DNA of 64,000 nt, from positions 176 to 64,175 of the forward strand of contig UQOJ01000005.1 in NCBI GenBank assembly GCA_900542635.1, given 5' to 3'. This DNA comes from an uncultured Collinsella sp. (GTDB lineage: Bacteria; Actinomycetota; Coriobacteriia; Coriobacteriales; Coriobacteriaceae). The notes below the pieces were generated by a model. The model ran no database searches. It saw only the letters and a program-made list of their open reading frames with translations, and was not told where the DNA came from. The number at the start of each line of letters is the position of its first letter. The stretch's first letter is position 1. The translations under genes were made by a program, and so were the position numbers. This document shows positions 18,106 to 31,738 of this stretch, in pieces.

Positions 18106-20556
18106 TTATATAAGCCTAAAGTGCTCGAGCGCCTTGACGACGCCATCTTTGTCGACCGAGTCGGTGATGTAGTCGGCGCGCTTTTTGAGATAGTCCGGCG
18201 CATTGCCCATGGCGATACCGACATCGACGGCGTTCATCAGCGAGACGTCATTGCTGGCGTCGCCGATGCCGTATACGGTTCCGTGGTGGGGATCGAGGGC
18301 GTCGAGTACAGACTGGATGCCCCTGCGCTTCGTGCATTCGCGGGGCGAGATTTCGGTTACCTCGAGTTCGAGCTCGTTAAAGCACAGCAGCGGCTCAAGT
18401 GCCTTATCTTGAGCGATGTGGTTGGCGAGCGATGTAGACATCAAGATCTTGTAGACACTGTAATGTTGCAGCTGCGTGACTGCGTCGCCCAGGGTGCGCG
18501 CGTATCCGGGAGCATCGGGGGCATCGGCACTCATGCGCACGACGCCGTTGAGGCCCTCAAAGCGGATGACCTCGCCCGATTGCTCAAGGTAGGGGGCAAG
18601 ACGCTGCAGCATACCGGGCGTCATCGACAGATCGCGAATTGCGTGTCCGTTGATCTCGGCGTAACCGCCCGCAAGACAGACGATGCCGGTCCAGGGCAGC
18701 TCAAGAAGTTTGGGGTGGATGCAGCTGAGGGTACGTCCCGTGCAGATAAAGGCCATGTTGCCGTTGGCGACAAACTCGCGGATTGCCTGCGAAACCGCCT
18801 CGTTGGGATAAGGGGACAGGTCACGCTCGCTCTCGGGAAGCTCTTGTGCCACTCGAGGGTCTTGCCAGGCGAGCGTTCCGTCGATATCGAAGAAGCAAAT
18901 ATCGCCGCGCTTATAGGCTGCGCTGGCGGCAGGGGAGGCCGAGGTGGTGGGCACAAATCCCGGCTCGAGGCCCATGATCTGGTCAAAATGCTCTTTAACG
19001 CGGGGAACGGAGATGCCGATGATCACCTGGGCGGTCTTGCCCGTAATGATGAGGCCCTTGGCGCCCGCCGCGACAAACGACGCGTTATCTGCAACGATGG
19101 AAGGGTCTGCGACCTCGACGCGCAGGCGCGTGGCGCAGTTGGTTGCGCCCACGATATTGCCAACGCCACCTAAAAGCTGAATTACCCGCTCAGCGAGGAC
19201 GTGATCTTGATCGAATCGACTATCGACCTCGTCATTGGGAGATTGCTCTTTGGCAAAGCCGCTTTCCGTTAAACGATCGATTGCCGCGCGATTGGCGACA
19301 TGATCCTCCCGGCCCGGCGTCTTAAGGTCATAGACCAAGATGAGTGCTCGAAAACTAACAAAAAAGATGAGGCTAAAGGCAAGGCCGATACCGAGCGCCA
19401 AAAGATAGGCACCGGCATGTGTGCGCATGAGCGGAATAAAGTTAAAGGCTGCCATCTCCATGAGGCCGCCCGAGAAGATGCCGACGATGCCAAAGAGATT
19501 CATGGTTGTGGCAAGGCAAGACGATAAGACGGCGTAGAGCAAAAAGAGCCCGGGGTGGGTGAACATAAAGAGAAACTCGAGTGGCTCGGTAACGCCGCAA
19601 ACCACCGAGGCGATGATGGCGGGAGCAAGGATGACCCTGAGGCCGGCGCGGCGCTCGGGTTTTGCGGTGGAGTAGAACGCAGCTGCGATGGCAGGAAGGC
19701 CAAAGAGCTTGACCCAGCCGGTGGCGGTAAAACCGGCCCACGGCGCAAGCTCATTAAGGGGGCGCGTGCTATGGGAGAGGATGGGGAGCAAACTGCTCCA
19801 CGTGGCGTAGATGCCGTCGTTAATGACCAGGTTGTCGTAGTAGATCGGCATGTAGAGCAGGTGGTGCAGGCCAAAGGGCTCGAGTGCTCGTTCTAAAAAG
19901 ACAAAGATGCCCACGCCAAAGGGACCGACGCCTGCAAGCGCGTGACGCAGCGTATCGGTTACATCGTATACGTAGGGCACGATGGCGGCCGAGATAGCGG
20001 CAAGGGCAAACACGGCAAAAAAGCTGATGAGGTAGACCAGCGAGGAGCCCGAGAAGGTGCCGAGCCAATCGGGAATCTTGGCATCGTAGAAGCGGTCATG
20101 GATGGTGACGACGGTTGCCGATACCGCCAGCGGGCCGATAATGCCGGTGTCGAGCGTCTTGATGCCGTCGATGACGGTGATACCGCTGGCGGTGGTCAAA
20201 GATGACGGGTACTCAAGTCCAAGGTTGTCTCCGCTCAGCTTAATGATCTCGCTCAAAAAGAAGCAGTAGGCAAAATAGGCGACGAGAGCCTCGAGGCAGC
20301 AACGAGCCGGTTGTTTTTGGGCAAGACCGATGGGCAGCGCTACGGCAAAAAGGAGCGGGAGGCGTTTAAAGACCGTCCACGAGCCGCGCTGGATGATGGT
20401 CCAAAAAACGTACCAAGGGGTTCCGTATACGGCGAGATCGCCGACGATGTCCGCAGTCGTTGCGAGAGCGGAGACGCCGACCATGAGGCCTGATATAGAA
20501 AACAGCATGGCGGGCGCGAACATTGCCCCGCCAAAGCGTTGGATTTTTTGCAGCAT
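18106..20556 (-). CDS. PTS glucose/alpha-glucoside-family EIIC-EIIB fused to a Cof-type HAD-IIB phosphatase domain
   Basis: EIIC motif GVTEPLEFLFMF. EIIB motif GNIVGATNCATRLRV. C-terminal HAD domain has FFDIDGTL ... ICTGR ... GIGDASNDVSLM. Confidence 0.85.
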   Translation of the reverse strand: MLQKIQRFGGAMFAPAMLFSISGLMVGVSALATTADIVGDLAVYGTPWYVFWTIIQRGSWTVFKRLPLLFAVALPIGLAQKQPARCCLEALVAYFAYCFFLSEIIKLSGDNLGLEYPSSLTTASGITVIDGIKTLDTGIIGPLAVSATVVTIHDRFYDAKIPDWLGTFSGSSLVYLISFFAVFALAAISAAIVPYVYDVTDTLRHALAGVGPFGVGIFVFLERALEPFGLHHLLYMPIYYDNLVINDGIYATWSSLLPILSHSTRPLNELAPWAGFTATGWVKLFGLPAIAAAFYSTAKPERRAGLRVILAPAIIASVVCGVTEPLEFLFMFTHPGLFLLYAVLSSCLATTMNLFGIVGIFSGGLMEMAAFNFIPLMRTHAGAYLLALGIGLAFSLIFFVSFRALILVYDLKTPGREDHVANRAAIDRLTESGFAKEQSPNDEVDSRFDQDHVLAERVIQLLGGVGNIVGATNCATRLRVEVADPSIVADNASFVAAGAKGLIITGKTAQVIIGISVPRVKEHFDQIMGLEPGFVPTTSASPAASAAYKRGDICFFDIDGTLAWQDPRVAQELPESERDLSPYPNEAVSQAIREFVANGNMAFICTGRTLSCIHPKLLELPWTGIVCLAGGYAEINGHAIRDLSMTPGMLQRLAPYLEQSGEVIRFEGLNGVVRMSADAPDAPGYARTLGDAVTQLQHYSVYKILMSTSLANHIAQDKALEPLLCFNELELEVTEISPRECTKRRGIQSVLDALDPHHGTVYGIGDASNDVSLMNAVDVGIAMGNAPDYLKKRADYITDSVDKDGVVKALEHFRLI

Positions 20557-20785
20557 GTTCTGCCTTCCGAATATCGAGGCGCGTTGCGCGTGGGGAAACG
20601 TTTAAACAATGGATTCATTGTAGAGGACCAGACGATTGTCGTACCGGCAGTTTTGAGCGAAACCGATTTGGGCATGACAGAAACCGTCAACGGTTAAATC
20701 CTGTCGCTTTACCGATATTCGGTTTAAACAACTTTAAGAAATGCTATCGTGCCTAGCCGGAAATGAATAATGTAGAGGTGAAACA

Positions 20786-21505
20786 ATGCCAAAAGCGATA
20801 TACGAAGGAATCTACCGAGAAATACGCTCGCGCATCATTAATGGGACCTATGCGTTTCAGGAGATGCTGCCAACCGAAGCCGAGCTGACCGCGGAGTTCG
20901 GATGCACTCGCAATACCGTCCGTCGCGCCTTGGGTATGCTGGCCGACGGGATGTTTGTGCAGCCCATACACGGCAAGGGCGTGCGCGTCATTTGGCTTAA
21001 AGGCGAAACCGATATGCTGGGCGCGCTCGAGGAAGTCGAGTCGTTTGGCGAGTTTGCAAAGCGCAACAATGCCGTTGCATCGACGGACGTTAAGTCTTTT
21101 GAACATCTGGTCTGCACCGAGCAACTCTCTCGTCGCCTGGGCTTTAAGGTGGGCGAGAAGTTGATTCGCGTGGTGCGCGTCCGTAGCCTTAACGGTAACG
21201 CTCGCCAGGTGGACCACGGCTATTTTCTGGAGTCGATCGCCAAAGGCCTGACGCCCGAGATCGCTGCAAAGTCAATTTACGACTATCTGGAGCACAAACG
21301 CGGCGTCAAAGTGATGGCGAGTCGCCGAACGGTGAGCGTCGAGCTCGCCAACGATGAGGACTGCAGCTATCTTGACCTTGGCAAATACAACTGCGTTGCC
21401 GTCATGGAGAGCCAGTCGTACACCTCGGACGGCATCTTGTTCGAGGTCACGCATGCCCGCACGCATCCCGAGATCTTCCACTACCGCGTCAACTCCAAGC
21501 GATAG
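20786..21505 (+). CDS. GntR/HutC-family transcriptional regulator (TreR-like)
   Basis: N-terminal wHTH LPTEAELTAEFGCTRNTVRRAL plus a UTRA-like C-terminus. Divergent from the PTS gene. Confidence 0.85.
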   Translation: MPKAIYEGIYREIRSRIINGTYAFQEMLPTEAELTAEFGCTRNTVRRALGMLADGMFVQPIHGKGVRVIWLKGETDMLGALEEVESFGEFAKRNNAVASTDVKSFEHLVCTEQLSRRLGFKVGEKLIRVVRVRSLNGNARQVDHGYFLESIAKGLTPEIAAKSIYDYLEHKRGVKVMASRRTVSVELANDEDCSYLDLGKYNCVAVMESQSYTSDGILFEVTHARTHPEIFHYRVNSKR

Positions 21506-21543
21506 CCGGCTAGCTCGCAGCCTGACGAGACTCATGCCCTCAA

Positions 21544-21598
21544 AGAGAAAACGCCCGGTCAAACCGACGATGCATCGGCTTGACCGGGCGTTTTCTCT
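21544..21598. terminator. long hairpin terminator after the GntR gene
   Basis: AGAGAAAACGCCCGGTCAA ... TTGACCGGGCGTTTTCTCT (19-bp arms). The A-run/T-run flanks are compatible with bidirectional use. Confidence 0.75.
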
Positions 21599-21811
21599 GC
21601 ATTCGATAACAAATAATTGTTTATACAAAACTTGTCAAGTATCAAGTTGAAATTACCGTTCACCGAAGTTTTTCTACCGCTCTAGTAATACTTGTTCAAA
21701 CAACTAGCCAAATAGCGTATCGTACAAATCAGCAAAAGGGGCAAAGTCCCCGAGCCAATCTCCGAAGGCGGCGGCAAAGGGTGCCGCCACGGTGTGAAAG
21801 GGTGGATTGTA

Positions 21812-23128
21812 ATGAAGAACGAAATGAGCAGAAGGCAGTTCCTGGGCTTTGCTGGTTCCGCGGCTGCGGTTCTTGGTCTGGGTCTCGTGGGCTGCGGCGG
21901 TTCTGCCGGCTCCGGCTCCTCTGCTTCTGGTGACGCTGCCGAGGTCTACTTCCTCCAATTCAAGCCCGAGGTCGACAAGGAGTGGAAGGAGATCGCCAAG
22001 GCCTATAAGAAGGAGAAGGGCGTCGAGGTCAAGATCGTGACCGCCGCCTCCAACACCTACGAGGAGAAGCTCAAGTCCGAGATGTCCAAGAGCTCCGCTC
22101 CGACCCTGTTCCAGGTCAACGGCCCCACCGGTCTTAAGAACTGGAAGGATTACTGCGCCGACCTGTCCGATACCAAGCTCCGCGGTGAGCTCATTGACGA
22201 CTCCCTGGCTCTGCAGTCCGACGGCAAGGATCTGGGTATCGACTGGGTCCAGGAGAGCTACGGCATTATCTACAACAAGCAGCTGCTCGAGAAGGCTGGC
22301 TACAAGGCCGAGGACATCAACTCCTTCGACAAGCTGAAGGCTTGTGCCGACGACATCCAGGCCCGCAAGGACGAGCTTGGTGTTGAGGGTGCCTTCACTT
22401 CCGCCGGCATGGATGACTCCTCCAGCTGGCGCTACACCACCCACCTTGCCAACCTCCCGCTCTACTACGAGTTCGAGAAGGAGCACAACCAGGAGGACGA
22501 CGAGATCAAGGGCGAGTATCTCGACAACTTCAAGCAGATTTTCGACCTGTACATCACCGACTCCACCTGCGATCCTTCGCAGCTTGCCTCCAAGACCGGC
22601 GACGACGCCACCAACGAGTTCGCAACCGGCAAGGCCGTCTTCTATCAGAACGGTTCTTGGGCCTACGCTGACCTCACCAAGGCCGGCATGACCGACGATC
22701 AGATTGGCATGATGCCCATCTACATCGGTGTCGACGGCGAGGAGAACCAGGGCCTGTGCTCCGGCGGCGAGAACTACTGGTGCGTCAGCTCCCAGGCTTC
22801 CGAGGATGCCCAGAAGGCCACCGAGGACTTCATGTATTGGTGCGTTACTTCTGACACCGCCACCAGCATCATCGCTGACAAGATGGGTCTGACTGCCCCG
22901 TTCAAGAGCGCTAAGGAGACCACCAACGTCTTCTCGCAGCAGGCCGTTGCCATGGCCAAGGACGGCAAGAAGACCGTCGCTTGGGACTTCGTCTACATCC
23001 CCTCTGAGGAGTGGAAGAAGAACCTCAAGCAGGCTCTGATTGCCTATGCTGCCGACAACAGCAAGTGGGACGGCGTCAAGAACGCCTTCGTCGATGGCTG
23101 GAAGACCGAGAAGGCTGCTTCCGAGTAA
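21812..23128 (+). CDS. sugar ABC transporter substrate-binding lipoprotein
   Basis: SRRQFLGFAGSAAAVLGLGLVGCGG (Tat-like signal + lipobox); family-1 solute-binding protein length. ATG at 21812 follows AAAGGGTGG. Confidence 0.85.
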   Translation: MKNEMSRRQFLGFAGSAAAVLGLGLVGCGGSAGSGSSASGDAAEVYFLQFKPEVDKEWKEIAKAYKKEKGVEVKIVTAASNTYEEKLKSEMSKSSAPTLFQVNGPTGLKNWKDYCADLSDTKLRGELIDDSLALQSDGKDLGIDWVQESYGIIYNKQLLEKAGYKAEDINSFDKLKACADDIQARKDELGVEGAFTSAGMDDSSSWRYTTHLANLPLYYEFEKEHNQEDDEIKGEYLDNFKQIFDLYITDSTCDPSQLASKTGDDATNEFATGKAVFYQNGSWAYADLTKAGMTDDQIGMMPIYIGVDGEENQGLCSGGENYWCVSSQASEDAQKATEDFMYWCVTSDTATSIIADKMGLTAPFKSAKETTNVFSQQAVAMAKDGKKTVAWDFVYIPSEEWKKNLKQALIAYAADNSKWDGVKNAFVDGWKTEKAASE

Positions 23129-23215
23129 GCAGTTGCTGCCCAAGCTATCTGATTAGCGACAGGGGGCGGGCAGACGTTGGTTTGCCCGCCCCCTGCATAT
23201 TGAAAGGACCCTTCT

Positions 23216-24070
23216 ATGGGCAAAGCACTCAAGCGCTGGTGGCCGCTCTTTATGCTGCCCACGTGTCTGGCGTTTATGATCGGGTTCGTGATCCCCTTTA
23301 TCCAGGGTTTCTATCTCTCGTTCTGCCAGTTTATTACCATCAACAACACGCACTTTGTCGGTATCGAGAACTACGTGCGCGCACTGTCCGATCCGCAGTT
23401 TGCCACGTCGTTCTTCTTTACCGTGGCGTTTGCCTTCCTGTCGACGGTGCTCATCAACGTGATCGCCCTCGCCATCGCGCAGGCGCTCACCCGCAAAGCG
23501 CTCAAGGGCACCAACATCTTCCGTACGATCTTCTTTATGCCTAACCTGATCGGCGGCATCGTGCTGGGCTACATCTGGCAGATTCTGATCAACTGCCTGC
23601 TCTCCAACGTGGGCGCCCAGCTCATCGCCCTTAACTCTGCTGCTGGCTTCTGGGGCCTTATCATCCTGACCCTGTGGCAGCAGGTCGGCTACATGATGAT
23701 CATCTACATCGCTGGTCTGCAGTCCATTCCGTCCGACTACATCGAGGCCGCCAAGGTCGACGGTGCCACGGCATGGCAGACGTTTTGGAAGGTTAAGATC
23801 CCTAACCTGATGCCGACCATCACCATCTGCCTGTTCCTGTCCATCACCAACGGCTTTAAGCTGTTCGACCAGAACCTCGCCCTTACCGGCGGCGCCCCCG
23901 CGCACTCCACCGAGATGCTCGCCCTGAACATCTACAACACGTTCTATTCGCGTGCCGGTATCGCATGGCAGGGCATCGGTCAGGCCAAGGCGGTTATCTT
24001 CTGCATCCTGGTCGTAGCCATCTCCATGATTCAGCTTAAGGCCACGAGGTCCAAGGAGGTGCAGCAGTAA
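23216..24070 (+). CDS. carbohydrate ABC transporter permease (MalF/UgpA-like)
   Basis: Six-TM-type profile; EAAKVDGATAWQTFWKVKIP EAA loop. Confidence 0.85.
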   Translation: MGKALKRWWPLFMLPTCLAFMIGFVIPFIQGFYLSFCQFITINNTHFVGIENYVRALSDPQFATSFFFTVAFAFLSTVLINVIALAIAQALTRKALKGTNIFRTIFFMPNLIGGIVLGYIWQILINCLLSNVGAQLIALNSAAGFWGLIILTLWQQVGYMMIIYIAGLQSIPSDYIEAAKVDGATAWQTFWKVKIPNLMPTITICLFLSITNGFKLFDQNLALTGGAPAHSTEMLALNIYNTFYSRAGIAWQGIGQAKAVIFCILVVAISMIQLKATRSKEVQQ

Positions 24071-24909
24071 TGAAACGCGATAAGGTTATCAACCGCGCGC
24101 TCTCGATTTTCTTTACGATTCTGTCGCTCGCGTGGATCTACCCCGTGTTCATGATTGCGCTCAATTCCTTTAAAAAGGCAACTGCAATCAGCACCACCAC
24201 GGCATTCGATCTGCTCACGCCCGAGACGTTCAACGGCCTCGCAAACTACATGCATGCCCTTAACGAGCAGGGCTTTGCCTCGGCATTTATGTACTCGCTC
24301 ATCATCACGGTCACGTCGGTCGTGCTGATTCTGGTGTGCTGCTCCATGTGTGCTTGGTACGTAGTGCGCGTCAACAGCAAGATCTCGAACTTCTTCTATT
24401 ACCTGTTCGTGTTTTCGATGGTCGTACCGTTCCAGATGCTCATGTTCACGCTGTCCAATTTGGCGGACCGCATCGGCTTCAACACGCCGTTCAACATCTG
24501 CTTTATCTACCTCGGCTTTGGCGCGGGCCTGGCGGTCTTTATGTTCGCCGGCTTTGTAAAGAACATTCCGCTCGAGATCGAAGAGGCGGCCATGATCGAC
24601 GGCTGCAACCCGGTCCAGGTGTTCTTTAAGATCGTCCTTCCCATCATGAAGCCCACCTATCTTTCGGTCGGCATCCTCGAGACCATGTGGGTCTGGAACG
24701 ACTATCTTCTGCCCTACCTTACGCTCGACTCCACCAAGTACAAGACCATTCCTATTTTGATCCAGTACTTCCGCGGCGGCTACGGCCACGTCGAGCTCGG
24801 CCCCATGATGGCCTGCATCATGATGGTCGTTATTCCCATCGTCATCATGTACATCCTCTGCCAGAAGTACATCATCGACGGCGTGGTGGCAGGTGCCGTC
24901 AAGGGCTGA
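24070..24909 (+). CDS. carbohydrate ABC transporter permease (MalG/UgpE-like)
   Basis: EEAAMIDGCNPVQVFFKIVLP EAA loop; start overlaps the upstream stop. Confidence 0.85.
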   Translation: MKRDKVINRALSIFFTILSLAWIYPVFMIALNSFKKATAISTTTAFDLLTPETFNGLANYMHALNEQGFASAFMYSLIITVTSVVLILVCCSMCAWYVVRVNSKISNFFYYLFVFSMVVPFQMLMFTLSNLADRIGFNTPFNICFIYLGFGAGLAVFMFAGFVKNIPLEIEEAAMIDGCNPVQVFFKIVLPIMKPTYLSVGILETMWVWNDYLLPYLTLDSTKYKTIPILIQYFRGGYGHVELGPMMACIMMVVIPIVIMYILCQKYIIDGVVAGAVKG

Positions 24910-24977
24910 TGCCGTAACTGTTTTGCAAGTTTCTGCGGCGCCCCTCAGCGTGGCGCCGCATATCGAAAGGTAGAGAC

Positions 24978-26177
<1,200 letters not shown>

Positions 26178-26245
26178 GCCCGGTGCATCCGGACCCTCCC
26201 TTTGGGCGACTGCGGTATTGCCATCCTTTTGCCGCGGTCACATAT

Positions 26246-26289
26246 AAGGCTCCCCTCCCGTCCGCTGGGCGAGAGGGGAGCCTTTCTTT
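26246..26289 (+). terminator. intrinsic terminator after the ABC operon
   Basis: AAGGCTCCCCTC-15 nt-GAGGGGAGCCTT followed by TCTTTG. Confidence 0.75.
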
Positions 26290-26316
26290 GTGTTGGGGTT
26301 GTCTGGCCGGTCGTTT

Positions 26317-26454
26317 GTCTCGATCTGTAACGGGTAGGGCCGATTTCGGACGTTAGATGTTACAGATCGAGATAGACCCAAGGGGAGGGGCCGGTATGTC
26401 TCAATCTGTAACAGCTGGGGCCGTTTTTACCGAGTAGCTGTTACAGATCGAGAT
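26317..26454. repeat. type C palindromes, two tandem units
   Basis: GTCTCGATCTGTAAC...GTTACAGATCGAGAT (26317-26377) and GTCTCAATCTGTAACAGC...GCTGTTACAGATCGAGA (26398-26454). Both loops contain GGGGCCG[A/T]TTT. Confidence 0.8.
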
Positions 26455-26554
26455 TCTTCGGTCGAGTCGGGTTGCAGGGTAACGTGCGGGCACAAAAAAC
26501 GGAGCCGTGTCGCCACGACTCCGTTTCTCAAGAGGATGGGTAAGGGAAGTGAAA

Positions 26555-28849
<2,295 letters not shown>

Positions 28850-28950
28850 GTCTGCAATTCATAAGAAGCCCGCGCGAGGGGATTGGGGTGGCCTCGCGCG
28901 GGAAAAGCAAGCGCGTCCGCACGGTGGGGAGGGGTCGGGCGCGGTAGCTC

Positions 28951-30471
28951 CTATTGAGGGAGCTCGATTTCGGCTTCCGACGGGATGCGGAAGTAGGTCT
29001 CGGTCCAGTCGGTGAGTTTGTGCTCGAGCTCGCGGGTGATGGCGCCGTCGAGCATGCGCCAGGTCCAGTTGCCGCCCAGCGTGGCAGGGGTGTTGATGCG
29101 CGCCTCGTTGCCCAAGTTGAGCAGGTCCTGCATGGTGTAGATGCACGTGTCGCTCACGCTGGCGGCGATGGTGCGATTGAGTGCATCTGCCATGGGTTCG
29201 CCGGCCTGCTGATGGGTGTACAGGGCTGCCTGCTCGCGCTGACGCGGGGTGGCCGTTCCCTCAAACCAACCGCGCGCCGTCTCGTTGTCGTGGGTGCCCA
29301 CATAGGCGACGGTGTTGGCGATGTAGTTATGCGGCAGGTAGTACGAGTTGGTGCCCTCAAAGGCAAACTGCAGGATCTTCATGCCGGGGAAGCCCGAGTT
29401 GTCGCGCATGTCGATGACGCCGGGGGTGAGGAAGCCCAAGTCCTCGGCGATGATGGGCAGCGTGCCGAGCTTTTCCTCGAGCGTCTTGAAGAATTTGAGG
29501 CCGGGACCCTGCGTCCACGAACCGTAGGACGAATCGGGCGAGGAGAACGGCACCTCCCAATAGGCCTCGAAGCCGCGGAAGTGATCCAGGCGGATGACGT
29601 CGTACATGTCGAGGGCGGCGCGAATGCGGCTCTCCCACCAGGAGAAGCCGTCGGATTCCATGGCGTCCCAGTCGTAGATGGGGTTGCCCCAGTACTGGCC
29701 GGTGGCCGAGAACTGGTCGGGCGGCGTGCCGGCGACGCTCACCGGATTGCCGGCGGCGTCGATCTTAATGAGCTCAGGCGTCGCCCACATCTCGACGGAG
29801 TCACGCGAGACATAGATGGGCAGGTCGCCGATGATGAGAATGTCGCGCTCGTTGGCATAGGCCTTGAGGCGGCTCCACTGGCGATCGAAGAAGTACTGCG
29901 TCATCTGGTGGTAGAGCATACGCGCCGGATGGTCGGCGCAGACCTTGGCGGAAGCCTCGCCGCGGGTGCGGAGCTCCGCGGGCCACTCCCAAAACGCCTT
30001 GAGACCGCACTCCTCTTTGACGGTCATGAACTCACAGTAGGGGATGAGCCAGTCCTCGTTGGCCTGGATAAAGTCATCGAAATCGGCCGGCTTGTCGGCA
30101 GCAAAGCGCTCGGCGGCTCGGTCGAGAATCTGACGGCGGCCACCAAAGATGGCACCGTAGTCGACATTGCTGGGGTCGGATCCCAGATACACGCCATCGA
30201 TATCGCGCTGCTCCAGATACCCTGCCTCGATAAGCTCGGCAAAGTCGATAAAGTTGGGGTTGCCTGCGCGGGCCGAGAACGACTGATAGGGCGAATCGCC
30301 ATAGCTGGTCGTCGTAAGGGGCAGAATCTGCCAGTAATGTTGTTTGCACGAGGCGAGAAAATCGACGAAGTCGTAGGCATTCCAGCCAAAGCCGCCGATT
30401 CCGTATGGTCCGGGCAGAGATGAGACGGGCATGAGGACGCCGCTTGCACGCTCCATGAATGCGCTCACCAA
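28951..30471 (-). CDS. malQ: 4-alpha-glucanotransferase (amylomaltase, GH77)
   Basis: GVLMPVSSLPGPYGIGGFG, IIGDLPIYV, RLDHFRGF, IAEDLG motifs. An alternative start is the Met at 30456. Confidence 0.9.
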   Translation of the reverse strand: MVSAFMERASGVLMPVSSLPGPYGIGGFGWNAYDFVDFLASCKQHYWQILPLTTTSYGDSPYQSFSARAGNPNFIDFAELIEAGYLEQRDIDGVYLGSDPSNVDYGAIFGGRRQILDRAAERFAADKPADFDDFIQANEDWLIPYCEFMTVKEECGLKAFWEWPAELRTRGEASAKVCADHPARMLYHQMTQYFFDRQWSRLKAYANERDILIIGDLPIYVSRDSVEMWATPELIKIDAAGNPVSVAGTPPDQFSATGQYWGNPIYDWDAMESDGFSWWESRIRAALDMYDVIRLDHFRGFEAYWEVPFSSPDSSYGSWTQGPGLKFFKTLEEKLGTLPIIAEDLGFLTPGVIDMRDNSGFPGMKILQFAFEGTNSYYLPHNYIANTVAYVGTHDNETARGWFEGTATPRQREQAALYTHQQAGEPMADALNRTIAASVSDTCIYTMQDLLNLGNEARINTPATLGGNWTWRMLDGAITRELEHKLTDWTETYFRIPSEAEIELPQ

Positions 30472-30676
30472 CCTTCTTGTTGTGGGGTTGGACTGCCGAT
30501 GGGTGTGCAGTCCGCCTCCGATGTTCTGATTCGATACGCCTATTGTAGAACATGTTGTTTAAACATGTACAGGCAAGATAAAAAAGTTGGTCGATTATCG
30601 GCGAATGGTTACATGCCATGAAAAAGCCCCGACCTCACAACGTGAGATCGGGGCAAGAGCGGTATGTAGGTTTTTG

Positions 30677-31738
30677 CTACTCGGCGTCGGCGAAGCCGTT
30701 GGGGTTGTGGCTCTGCCAGTTCCAGCTATCGCGGCACATGTCCGCGATGCCGTACTGGGCCTTCCAGCCCATCATGCGCTCGGCCTTGGAGGCATCGCAC
30801 CAGTTGGCAGCGATGTCGCCGGCGCGGCGCTCGCGGATCACGTAGGGCAGCTCCTTGCCACAAGCCTTGGAGAAGGCGGCGACGACCTCGAGTACCGAGG
30901 TGCCGGTGCCGGTGCCCAGGTTAAAGATCTCGACGCCGGTCTTGCCGTTCATCCAGTTAAGGGCGGCAACATGACCCGAGGCCAGGTCGCACACGTGGAT
31001 GTAGTCGCGCACACCGGTGCCGTCAGGGGTGGGGTAGTCGTTGCCAAAGACCTGAACGGCCTCGAGCTTGCCCACGGCGACCTGGGCGACATAGGGCACC
31101 AGGTTGTTGGGGATGCCCTTGGGGTCCTCGCCGATCAGGCCCGACGGATGAGCGCCGATGGGGTTGAAGTAACGGAGCAGCACGACGTCCCACTCGGGGT
31201 CGGCGGTGTGGACGTCCATAAGGATCTGCTCGATCATCCACTTGGTCCAACCATAGGGGTTGGTCGCGGGCTTCTTAGGATCCTCCTCGGTGACGGGCGG
31301 GTTGTCCGGGTCGCCGTAGACGGTCGAGGAGCTCGAGAAGATGATGGACTTGCAGCCATGGTTGCGCATGACGTCGATGAGCACCAGGGTGTTCTCGATG
31401 TTGTTGTGGTAGTACTCGACGGGCTTGCTCACCGACTCGCCGACGGCCTTAAAGCCGGCAAAGTGGATGACGCGGTCGATCTGATGGGTATCGAAGATCT
31501 TGTTCATCGCATCGCGGTCGAGCACGTTGGCCTCGTAGAAGGTGAGGTTCTTGGCGGCCTCGTCGCCCACGATGGTCTTGACGCGGTCGACGGCGACGGC
31601 GCTGGAGTTGGAGAGATCATCGACGATGACGACCTGGTAGCCACCCTCGAGCAGCTGAACGACGGTGTGCGAGCCGATAAAGCCGGCGCCACCGGTAACG
31701 AGGACGCAGGTGTCTTTGGGGTCGAGTGCTTTGGACAT
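30677..31738 (-). CDS. galE: UDP-glucose 4-epimerase
   Basis: VLVTGGAGFIGSH; SSSTVYG; YGWTK. ATG at 31738 is preceded by AGGAG; the track ORF extends further upstream. Confidence 0.9.
   Translation of the reverse strand: MSKALDPKDTCVLVTGGAGFIGSHTVVQLLEGGYQVVIVDDLSNSSAVAVDRVKTIVGDEAAKNLTFYEANVLDRDAMNKIFDTHQIDRVIHFAGFKAVGESVSKPVEYYHNNIENTLVLIDVMRNHGCKSIIFSSSSTVYGDPDNPPVTEEDPKKPATNPYGWTKWMIEQILMDVHTADPEWDVVLLRYFNPIGAHPSGLIGEDPKGIPNNLVPYVAQVAVGKLEAVQVFGNDYPTPDGTGVRDYIHVCDLASGHVAALNWMNGKTGVEIFNLGTGTGTSVLEVVAAFSKACGKELPYVIRERRAGDIAANWCDASKAERMMGWKAQYGIADMCRDSWNWQSHNPNGFADAE

Noticed and set aside
26317-26454. Possible CRISPR array (repeated GTTACAGATCGAGA units)
   Set aside because: There are only two units, each is itself a palindrome (arm/loop/arm) rather than a direct repeat separated by unique spacers, and there are no cas genes in the window.
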